Origin: Lama glama
Lineage: Eukaryota
DNA: 64,000 bases
Assembly: GCA_028534125.1 (NCBI GenBank)
Contig: CM052838.1
Span: 46,562,001 to 46,626,000, forward strand
Reading direction: 5' to 3'
The number at the start of each line of letters is the position of its first letter. Within the stretch, counting starts at the first letter, position 1. Shown here piece after piece: positions 49,201 to 61,200 of the stretch. The notes beneath the pieces were generated by a model. It was not told where the DNA came from and did not search any database. It saw only the letters and a program-made list of their open reading frames with translations. Made by a program: the position numbers and the translations under genes.

Positions 49201-52200
49201 TGCTCGACAGCTCCGTGGCCCTCTGGCTTGCAACTATTGTGTCTTCTCAGCTGGGTGGCCTTAGAAGGCGGTGGTGTTGGCAGCCAGGGTCTCTCCTGTG
49301 TTTTTATGGGAGGGGAGCTGAGCTGTGCTCAGAGAGGGCTCGGGGAACTTCATAGGTTCCATCCCCCTCGGCCTACACCTCTTTCTGGGTGTGTTAAGTG
49401 CATTGTCTTACAGAGACGTTCTTTCTTTTTTTTATTTTTGTTCACTCTTTCCTTTAGATCATGAGTGACAAGTTTGTGACCTCCACAAGTGACCACTTTG
49501 TCGAGGGGCAGACGGTGGTGGCAAAGGTAACCAATGTGGACGAGGAGAAGCAGCGGATGCTGCTGTCACTGCGGCTGTCGGACTGCACCCTGGGGGACCT
49601 GGCCACCACCAGCCTCCTCCTCCTGACGCAGTGCCTGGAGGAGCGGCAGGGCATCCGTAGCCTCATGAGCAACCGAGGTAGGGGCAGGAGGGCAGAGGAT
49701 GAGGGTCGGGAGTGGGGAGTGTGCATCCTCAGTTATGCCTGTCTGTTCCAATGAGTTTTGGGGCTTCCTGAACATTAAAAAAAATTGTTAAACTTTTTTT
49801 TAATGGGAGTATGACTTTTATAAAGGGCACACATCTTTTAGGGTGCAGCTCAGTAAATGTTTATAAAATGAACCTCCCTGTTAAACTCCCACCCAGATTG
49901 AGATAAAAGATCATTACCAGTATCCCAGAAGGTCCCTTGTGCTCCCTCCCAGTCCAGAATGAAAATTTTCCTAAGTTCTTTGGCTTCAGGTTTGCATTTG
50001 TTGTGAATCCATTCACCTCTTCACTTTTTGTTCCTGTATTCATCAACTATGGAGTGGATGAGAAAATGAAACAGGGACCTGCTAGATTTCCTGAGGGGTG
50101 ATTAGTCTGACCCTCCTGAGATTTGAACCATTGTGTGGGATTGTTAGAACGCTGATGGCATTTGGGAGTCAGAAGCTTGGGAGGGTAGATTCCAAACAGA
50201 AAGAACAAAAATTCTGAAACCAAGAGGAAGCATGTGTTTCTGGCGTTTGTTGACTATTTTCATGAATTATGGCCAGGTGGGATTAGCAAGAGGCATAAGT
50301 CTCTGCCTGTGGTAGGAGTTTTAATGGATACCACACATTTTTACCAAAAGCGATTTTACTTTCACAGTGGTTCCAGCACTCCGCATTGGAAATGTCCTCC
50401 ACGTAGCAGCATGTTTCCAAAGGGAAAGAGTGGTGAGTATTGTCTCATCTTGCTAATCCCTGTTTCCTGTGGTCTCTGGCAGACTCTGTGCTGATCCAGA
50501 CGCTGGCCGAGATGACTCCAGGGATGCTCCTTGACCTAGAGGTGCAGGAGGTGTTGGAAGATGGCTGTGTGCTGTTCAGTGAGGGCCCAGTGCCTGGCCT
50601 GGTGCTGAGGGCCAGCAGGTACCATCGGGCAGGTGAGTGCTTCTGTCTCACCCATCGTGGTTGGTGGGGGAACCCTTTGCCCATTGCTTCCTCTCTTGGG
50701 TACAGAATTTCCAAATACATAGGCTAGATAAGCTGATTTAGCAGAAAGTTTTGGCATGCTTTTCTTGTGTGGACTCAAATCAAGACAACAGCATACTAAA
50801 GACGGTTTAGGTATGCATCTCTTTATTGTTATAATTGGGTAAATCTAGATTTTTATGTATCGGGTTGCATAAATTACTGCATACCTGACCTTGACTTATG
50901 GAGCTAGACGTTTGACCCACATAGACCCAGGACACAGGTTGTCCTCTTTTCTTTTTTCTATCTAAGGGGTGCAGGGCTGTTGGAGAGATACTATTTCCCT
51001 TCCCTCCTGCTCCAGGAGGGTGATCACATTGTGTTTGGTTCTGCACTGCAGGGCAGGAGGTGGAATCTGGGCAGAAAAAGAAGGTTGTAATCTTAAGCAT
51101 TGACATGTTGAAGTTGGAAGTACATGTTTCTCTCTGCCATGATTTGGTGAATAGAAAAGCTAAAAAGGTAAGCTCGCTAATTGATGACTTCTATTCCCAT
51201 GATTTCAAAGGCATCATACACCCCTTCAACCCCACATCCTCTGTAGAGGCCTGCAGATAGGGTAACTGACTGTAGGCCTGGATTTATCCAGCTTATTCCA
51301 GGGTACACCTCTCGTCCTGGGGTGGTTGTTAATAGTGGTGACTTTCACTCTGGTTCAGGGGTAAATCATATGCATGCGGTCATTAGGGCCAAGCAGGGAC
51401 TGTAGTTGAGAGAAGCGGGCGGGGCGGCTAGGGAGCGGTGGCAGCAGGATGCCGCTGGACTGCGGGCTGCCCTCCCTGCCCCGGAGGAGCAAAGACTTCA
51501 CTCCATCTGACTGTTGCCACATCAGAACATCTGGGTGTAGTGTTGTTAAGTCTTTGGTTTTTAAGAGCAGGCAGAATTTGAATTTTTTGAATCGGAAATG
51601 AAGGTGGGAAATGTTAGAAACTATGATTTAAAAAAAAAAAAAGCATGTGTATGTGTAGTTCTGACCTCCGGGCTGCTCATCTGTGTCCTATTCACTTTGT
51701 GTGGGAAGGGAATGGGTTCAAGGGAAATCTCAAAATAATGAGTGGAATTTTTCTTTGGGTAAAGTACGTATTTTGTCATTGTTTAAAGTAATTATTAAGC
51801 TCCTAATTGCATAAGGTATGCTACAGAGAATTATATAGGTGTAATCCTTAACCTCTGGTTGCTTATAGTTTTAAGGCTTTGAGAGACAACAGAAATAGAG
51901 AACAGTATTTACCCCTCACTAAGCTTTCTAGCAGGTCCCTATTCCATTTTATCATCCAGGTGAAGCTGGTGCATGTAGGGCCGTGAGCACAGTCTGGATG
52001 TTGGGGAAAGACAGGCTAAATGCCTTGTGCCCAGTAAGCTCCCAGTAATGACTCTGCTGAATGACTGAGGATGAATAAATTGTGTGAACTGCTGTAGGAC
52101 TAAGAGGATCAGGAGCCATAGTGTCTTAAAGTTGGAGAACCATTAGAGGTCGCCTGACTTTACATCAGTCACTAAAATAACTTTTAATGTTCTCATTTCA

Positions 52201-55200
52201 CTAGTTCTAGGATAGGACCTAGGAATCTGAATTCAAAACAGAAGTTAACTCCAGGAGATTCTGATGTGGTGCCCTGAGTGTAGCCAAGTCACCTCAGTGT
52301 ACAGGAGGGGAAAGCTGGGTCGAGGGAGTGAAGGCTAGTTTGTTACAGCTCGGGTTAGCCTTGGGTCCCTGGGACTCAGAGGGTTTCCCTGGTCTCACCC
52401 TGCCCAGTGGGTGACAAACGAGTGCTTGTGCTCTGTAAGAAGCAGGGACAGTGGGTTTTCTGTTTTCCAGCTGAAGAAAGGCAGTGAGCACCAGGCGATC
52501 GTGCAGCACTTGGAGGAGTCCTTTGCTGTTGCCTCCTTGGTAGAGACTGGCCACCTAGCAGCTTTCTCCCTGACCTCTCACCTCAATGACACCTTCCACT
52601 TTGACTCAGAAAAGTTGCAGGTGGGACAGGGTGTCTCTTTAACCCTCGAGACCACAGAACCGGGAGTGACCGGTCTTCTTTTGGCCGTTGAGGGGCCAGC
52701 TGCTAAGAGGACCATGAGAAAGACCCGGAAGGACTCTGAAACAGTCGACGAGGATGAGGAAGTGGATCCGGCTCTGGTTGTAGGGACTATAAAGAAACAC
52801 ACCCTGTCCATTGGGGACGTGGTCACAGGGACTGTCAAGTCCATTAAGCCCGCCCATGTGGTTGTGACCCTGGAAGATGGCATCATTGGCTGTATCCACG
52901 CCTCCCACATTCTCGATGATGTTCCAGTGGGGACAGCTCCTACCTCCAAGCTGAAAGTTGGGAAAAAGATCACTGCCCGAGTGATTGGCGGGAGAGACAT
53001 GAAGACATTCAAGTATGGAGGCTTTGGGGGTGGACTGCCTTTGAGGGGAGGTTGCTGTAATCATGAAGGAAGGAATTGGAACAAATGAGACTTTCTTTTA
53101 GTTAACCAAAACATTCAGAAAATCCTTTTGTGTGTCTTTGCTTTTTAATAGTGTATAATGTAGTGGTTAAGAGCAGTGATTTAGAGTCAGACCTGGGTTT
53201 GGATTCCGGATTTGAATTTTGGACTCAAAATTATGTGACTGAGTTAAGTAGTTACTCAACTCTCTGAATTTTATTTTCCTAGTTTGTAAAGTGAGAGTAA
53301 TGATAGTGACTAGCTCGCCGGGCCATTGTAAAGATTGAAAGAAAGAATATCTAGCATGTAATGTGCCTAGTGGGGTGTCTGACACATAGTTATTGCTTAG
53401 TATGTATCAGCAGTTACTGTAATTCATCCTCCACTGCATACTTTAGTTACACTCATTTAGTTTAAATCTAGTTACGTTATTGGAGTAAAAATACTTGCTG
53501 TAAGAAAAGCAAAAACAGAATTCAAAGCCTAGCCAATAATTTGCATATTCATTTCAGTAGCTAACTGTGGGATCTTCACTTAAGTCACTTATTCTCTTTG
53601 GACCTCAGTTTTCTTATTTTTAGAGTGGAAGACTTGGAGTATGTAGTCTGTAAAGAAAATTCTTTTCAGGGTTTAATATGATCAGTGAGCCTAAAAAGAT
53701 CAAATGAGCCAGCTTCTTAATATTTACTGCAGAGGATGAGAATGGAAACCCTTGGGCCTGACACATTACCGGTGGGTGGTGTGGCTTGGTTTGGTGGGGA
53801 GTTAGAAATTTTGGTCTCCAAGTTACAGTGTTACAGAGAATAAGAGAAGTGGTTTGAACCCTATTTGTCTTTCCAGGTTTCTCCCAATAAGTCATCCCAG
53901 ATTTATTCGAACCATCCCGGAGCTGAGTGTCCGGCCAAGGTGAGAACTCCAGCAGCACGTTCTTGTGGCGAGGACAGTGGGCTTTGGAGTCAGGAGCTGA
54001 GTTGTCAGCACGGTGATGGTGACTTGCTTTGCCTCTGTCTGTCCAGGTTGTCTTATTTCTCTAGTAGGGATGTTTGGCTCTCATGGGGCTACTTAGAGGG
54101 ATTATATGGAAATTAACGTAAGATCTGTATTCAGGGTTTAAGTATCAATTTAAAGGCTGATTGTAGTTCTGTTTGTTGGCACGTAACAAAAAGAAACATT
54201 TTTGCTTTCAACCCAGTTTTCTAGAACTCAGTATTTTTCTAACACCGTGCAGCCAAGGATGCCTGCTTGAACGAAGATTACTGCTTGCTGACTGAAGTTT
54301 TAGGCCATATTCTAGTGAATTCTGCAGAGGGGTGTTCCACAAGCGGTTCTGTGTGGACTAGTAGAACTGATAGTTCCATGTAGCAGTGAGTCCAACTTGT
54401 CTGGGATCATTTTTTTCAGAGGATCTTAAGCATTTTGACCCATGGGCTTATCTGCTTCTACTTCCCCCATTTATAAACAAAAAACAAACAAAAGAAACCC
54501 CAGCCTCTCAAGAGTTGTTAGGCCATCAGTGAATGAAGCTGGATACACATGACTGTGCACGTGTCTCTGCACGGTCAGCCCCGGGACCGACCCAGGTTGT
54601 AGGTCTTCTGTGCCGAGGGCTGTTACGGAAGGACCTTGTAATTATGTCTTAAGGACCTTTCTGAGGATAAAGTTTGGTCAGTGTCCTGAAAGGGTCAGGA
54701 TACAAGTGGAATATTTGAGAAGGCTTGTGTCTGAGGTCTGGCAATACTCCTGGAAGCTTGATTCTAAATGCTAACTGCACTCTTGGGACTTCACAGAGAG
54801 CCTGTTAGTTCCAGAATAATGAGATTTGGTGGATGCACACATTCTTATTTATTTAATCTGTGGTTTCCGTATTCTTGTAGATATGATTGTGTCCCTTTGT
54901 TATCAAAACAAGGCACCTCCTCGTATTCCTTGTTTTAGTCTGCAGTGTCCTCACCTCTGAGGTGTGAGGTCTTGTTTAACTTATGGTTGAGGTCAAGTCG
55001 TTTATTCACGCTAAGGGTGGGTATCTCACATTAATGAATACTGCAAGGGTGAGTCGGTGAACATTGTGTGACAACTCCCTGCGATCCTCATTAACTACCC
55101 CTGCTTTTGGCTCACCCTCCTGTCTTGGGAGACTGATGTGAGCCAGAGTGGTGATACCTGACTGTGGCAGTGTGGGCCACGCCAGGAAACGAGTACATTC

Positions 55201-58200
55201 ATAGATGAGAGATGGAGAGTTGTAACAACAGACAGACAGATGGACAAGTAAAGTGATGGCACATCTTCCACCTCTTCCATGCACCTGTGTTGTATTGTTA
55301 ATTATTCTTTTAATCAAAGCCCCTGAGAAACAGTACAAACATACAGTCATATTATGCCATATTTTTCAAATGCTTTGTGTTTTAAAATAACGTACTTTGA
55401 AGTCAAGAGAAAAAATATTTAATCAATCGATGGTGTTGACTCACTGAGGAGATCTAGTCCTATTTTTGTTCTCCCTTTGTATATGGAGACCTTGTGCCCA
55501 GAGAGCATGTTGTGTGTCCTAGAGATCAGTTCAGGGTTGATGAGGTCACCCAAGCTAGATAAGATACTCCCTCATCAGTTCCTCCTTTGGACGGGCAGGA
55601 GTTAGGAGAGCAGAGCAGTTCAGGAGTCTTTAGGTGGATCTCTGGGATTCCTTCTGGTCAATGAGTTTTTTCTTAGCATTGATCAGTTATGCTCACCCTT
55701 CTTTTTCTTGTGGCTATTCTCTTTAGAGAGGCAGTTTAAAGTCATTTTGAGGAAAAAAAAAAAGGATGACACATACTCGATGTGTGTGTGTGTTTTAGTT
55801 TTATCTTTTTTAGCTTAAACAACAGATGTCTATTTTTTCACTGTTTTGGAGGCTGTCAGTCTGAGCTCCAGGGTACCAGCAGGGTTTGTTCTGCTGAGGC
55901 CTCTCTCCTTGGCTTGCACATGGCTGTTTTCTCCCAGTGTCTTCCAGTGCTCTTCCCTTTGGAAGTATCTGTGTTCTGATCTCCTCTTTTAAAAAAAAAA
56001 TTTATCGTGGTAAAAGCACAACATAGATTTGCCCTTTTAACAGTTTTTAAGCATACATTATGGTATTGTTACCTATATCCATGTTGTTATGTAATAAATC
56101 TCTAGAACTTTTTCATCTTGCTTGACTGGAACTCTATCTAGACCCACTGAGTGACTCTTTGTTTCCCCTCCCCTGACTGAGCCTCTGGCAGTCATCATTC
56201 TGCTTTCTGNNNNNNNNNNNNNNNNNNNNNNNNNNNNNNNNNNNNNNNNNNNNNNNNNNNNNNNNNNNNNNNNNNNNNNNNNNNNNNNNNNNNNNNNNNN
56301 NNNNNNNNNNNNNNNNNNNNNNNNNNNNNNNNNNNNNNNNNNNNNNNNNNNNNNNNNNNNNNNNNNNNNNNNNNNNNNNNNNNNNNNNNNNNNNNNTTCA
56401 TCCATCATGGACATTTAGGTTGCTTCCACATCTTGGCTACTGTGATTAGTGCTGCACTGAATGTGGGTATACAGATAGCTTTTTGATATCCTATTTACAA
56501 TTATTATTATTATTATTTTTATTTTTTATTGAGGGGGTAATTAGGTTTACTTATTAGTTTTTATAGGAGATACTGGGAATTGAACCCAGGACCTCGTGCA
56601 TGCTAAGCATGTGCTCTACCACCGAGCTGTACCCTCCCCCTTCAATTATTTTTGATATATTCCCAGAAGTGGGAGTATTGAATCATATGGTAGTTTTTTG
56701 AGGAACTTCCCTAATGTTCTCCATAGTAGCTACACTCATTTTACAGTCCTACCAACAGTGTACAAGGAAGGTTCACTTTTTCCCACATCCTCACCAAAAC
56801 TTATTTTCTGTTTGATAAGGGCCATCCTNNNNNNNNNNNNNNNNNNNNNNNNNNNNNNNNNNNNNNNNNNNNNNNNNNNNNNNNNNNNNNNNNNNNNNNN
56901 NNNNNNNNNNNNNNNNNNNNNNNNNNNNNNNNNNNNNNNNNNNNNNNNNNNNNNNNNNNNNNNNNNNNNTCGGGTTATTTGTTTTTTTGTTATTGAGTTG
57001 TAGCCTAATTCCTTATAAGGCCACCAGTCAGTCTGGATTAAGGCCCACCCTAATGACCTCATTTTAATTTAATTGCCTCTTTAAATTCCATATCTCCAAA
57101 TAGTCACATTCTGAGGTATTAGGGGTTATTCACTTCAACATTGGAGGGTGGTTGGGGGACACAGTTCAGCCCATCACAGAGGCATTCTGGTATCAGCTAT
57201 TGAATCAATAAATTTTTTTATCCTAACTATGTAAGCATTGTAGATAATGAATGTAAATTGTCTATTAGACTGCCAGGCAGAGAAGTGTTCCCTTCCCAGG
57301 CTTCTCCCTCTGCCCCCAAAGGATGAATTCTCCATTATCCGACGTGTATCTAGCTCTGGCTTCTATACTTTAATTATATATACACATATATATGAACTTT
57401 TACATATATGTATCTCTACAAAAATTACTATGTGCTTTTTTCAAATTTTACAGAAATAGTAACTTTCTGCAAGTCTGCAACTTGTTTTTTTCACTCAAAA
57501 TTTTGTTTTAAGATCATTCATTTTTGTGCCTTGAGTTAAAATAGTAATCCATCCTGTGAATGTGCCAAACTGTGTATTCTCAAACTGATGGAGGACATTT
57601 AGGATTGTTTCCAATTTTTTTCTTTTATAAACAATGCCACAGTGAACATCCTTCAACTTGTTCCATTGTGCATCCATGTGAGGATTTCTCTAGGGTGGAA
57701 TTACTGGGTCATAAAACATGTGTATTTCAACTTCACTAGTGAGAATCCTGTGTTTCTATATTCACCAGTACTTGCTATTATTATATGTTACAGTTTTACT
57801 AGTATTACTTGTACCATTTTATTGGTGAGTTCTGTTTTGTTTTAGAAATTTGAATTGGTAAGCAGGGCTGGGTTGGAATGATGGAAATTCTTTGATTCCT
57901 TTGAAGTGATTTGTGGACTGATAACTCTTAGACCACATCCCTTGTTGCTCTTCTGAGAAGAAAAAGAGAATCAAGTGATAATGACACGGTAGCCTAGGGG
58001 ACCGAGCCCTAGATTTTTGAGTCAGAACTCTGACTTCAGCTCCTGGGCCAGTAGCATAAAATGAGTTTAATAACACCTATTTTACCTAACCCTATTTTCA
58101 AACATGGGAGTGTTGTCACATTCAATGAGAGATGATTTGTGAAAGCAGTTCTGCGAACTGTAAAGCAGTAGCTAAAATACTGAAAGAAAGAAGTAGAACA

Positions 58201-61200
58201 ATTTTATTCCGAAAACTTATGAAGATTATTGTTGGCTACCTACTTTACGACTTGTTCATACCTGAATGAGTGAGTTGGAAAGGATGAGCGTTCATGCAGG
58301 TATTGTGAACATTCATTCATTCCCCTTTAAGGAAAGAAATGGATGTGTGCGTGGTTGTGCTTGTGTTAGGGGCATCCTGTACAACTAATCCATGGCTGCT
58401 TAGGGGAGATGGTTTCAAGCTGGAAGCTGACCCAAAGGCTGGTTTACTGTTTCCATCATCTTTCTGTGCACAGTGAGCTGGAGAAGGATGGCCACACTGC
58501 TCTCAACACTCACTCTGTTAGCCCCTTGGAGAAGATTAAACAGTACCAGGCTGGTCAGACCGTGACTTGCTTCTTAAAGAAGGTGAGTAGTGCATGCTCT
58601 GCAATGCGATGCCATCCTTCTTACAGAAGAAAAGGGGTGAAACTGTCAATGACTGTTAGCTCTAGGCTTTGATTCTGTTTGTTACCACGATGGTTTGTGG
58701 GAGACAATAGAAAGCCTCCACTCCTAGAAAACTCCGAGTCTTGTCAAGGAGCTAAATTGATGGCTTACAAAACAGCTGGCAAGCAATTCACATTTCCACA
58801 TGCTTATACATTAATTGTACAAAATGGAAAGATTATACAGCAAGATGTTAAATCTAGTACTTTATTTTAACTAATGTAAGATTCAAATTTCAGTGTCCAC
58901 AAGTAAAGTTTTATCGGAACACACACACACACACATTCACACACACAATAAAAACAGAAATATTTTATTTATAATAAAGTATTGGAGTTTAGATTCTTGC
59001 CTTTTGTAAAGTTCAGGTACAGTGCAAAACAGTATGTAATTTGGTGCCAGATTGTATGTTCTAACCCCAAGTGGGCAGGAGTTGACTAAAGGGAAAGAGA
59101 CCATAAGAACTGTACGAGATGGAATACATCAGGGAGAAGGTTGGTCTGGGCTTGATCTTGAGGGATAAATCCTCTTCACTACTGCCAGATTCTTCCTCCA
59201 TAAGCATCTGTCTATGTCCGTGGTGCTTGATCTGTTTACTTACCTATTGTCTAGAGACATTCATAAACCCAAGATGCCTTAGAGTGGATTTAAGGCTCTT
59301 TATAATCTGACCTCACGAATCTGGTGTACCAGTCACGCTGAAACCCTCCTCTATCTTTTTCCCTTCTTGTCTTTATTTCTACACTTGGGTGCCCTCTATT
59401 CCTATGCCTACAGCCCTTCAAGGACCAGCACAGAAAACCCTCCCTCCTTACTAGTTTTCCCGTATAGTCCCCGAGTGTATTGTACTCCTGCATGCTGCTT
59501 GCTTCTCTAGTTATGTGTATTTGACTTATTCTTTGCAGACTGTAATCTCTTTGAAGGCAGGGCCTGGCTTTTATTTATCCCTGTCATGCCATATGCGTAG
59601 CGGCTGCTTGATATATGTTTTGTTGAGTTGACTTGAAAATTGGGGTATATATTTAGGGCAGAACACTGTGTCAACAGTGAAATCAAAATTGATTTAGAAA
59701 TAAGATATTAGTCCTTGAATATGGTTAACAATCACTGGGCACAACTGAACTTGGAGGAGGTAACAGAGGTCAGTGGGATTGGTCCTACTGCTTGAGGACA
59801 TCTCTGAGGTCCTTTTTGCTCCTAATCAGCTGAGGCACTGGGAGGAATACATGTTCTGCTGGGCTCACAAAGGATCTGAGCTAGACTCTGAGTGAAGCCT
59901 GCAAGAACTGAGGTTGGGCAGGGGCAATGGGATGTAGGAGTGGGCTCCTGTTTCTTGGGAAAATGTAGGATTAGGGCCCTTTCAGCCCTATGATTTTAGG
60001 AGAGTCTTCTAATGAAGAGAAAAGAAAAGATGCTTGTATCTGCCCTTTTCCATTTCTCCCCCTATTTTTTTCCCCCAGTACAATGTGGTTAAGAAATGGC
60101 TTGAGGTGGAGATTGCTCCAGACATCCGAGGGAGAATTCCGTTGTTGCTCACTTCTCTTAGCTTCAAGGTCAGTGTGCCTGAGATCCCTGGAGAGGAAAC
60201 GCCAGCTCCCTGAGCTTGATTCAGTGTCTGGTGTGTGCTTACAGTGGTTACAGGGAACCGTGTGCTTGTTCAGGGACTGGTTTGGGAGATACTTCAGTAT
60301 GCAGACTTAAATGCTGTGGTTGTGACCTTTCCTCAAACATTAGAGGAATTTTGTCCTTTCAGGTTCTGAAACATCCAGATAAGAAGTTCCGGATTGGCCA
60401 GGCCCTGAAGGCCACTGTGGTTGGCCCAGATTCCTCCAAGGCCTTCTTGTGTCTCTCACTCATAGGTGTGGTACTAAAATGGGACCTGGTCGAGGAAGGG
60501 AGTGGGTAGAAAGGAGCGGGAAGGGCTCTTCGGCTATTGCCCAGGGTGAAGGATGCCTGCAGTATTGGAGTCGAGTCCTCAGAAAGCCTAGTGTGGTGGG
60601 TGGGTGTGTTCTTGGAACAGTTTTTCCCTCGGGGCTTTGCTCTGTGGCCTGTGTCTGAGTCCTCTTTACCTACATAGTTGATCTTCTTAGGTCTCAGAAC
60701 GGGTTGTCCACCACATGGCCCTGGGATTCCTGATCACGTGACATGGTGATCTGGGTCTGTGCGATCCTTCTGGTCCACTCAGCCCAGACACCCCAAGTCT
60801 GGTGCTCCCACCTGCCCTGGCCTGTGGTTGGCCAGCATCCCAGCCTCTTTCTTGGCTCATTTCCCTTCCATGAATCTGGTTCATTCTCCTGCCAGGTCCT
60901 CACAAGCTTGAGAAAGGGGAAGTGGCCATGGGCCGAGTAGTGAAGGTGACTCCCAAGGAGGGGCTGACAGTCTCCTTCCCCTTCGGGAAGATCGGAAGAG
61001 TCAGCATATTTCACGTGAGTGACTCCTACTCAGAGACGCCCCTGGAAGACTTTACCCCACAGAAGATTGTCAGGTAGGCTGAGTTTTCTTCTTCTTTTCA
61101 GCTGTCTGTGGGATTGGTGTATTTTTTGTTTTTACGATGTAATATGTGATTTTCTACCAGAAAGCAATTGTATATAAAATAAATAGAAAATGAAAATTTC

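Noticed and set aside
52578-53064. Two long antisense ORFs (144 and 141 aa)
   Set aside because: They are shadows of PDCD11 exon 20, with no promoter, splice or homology support.
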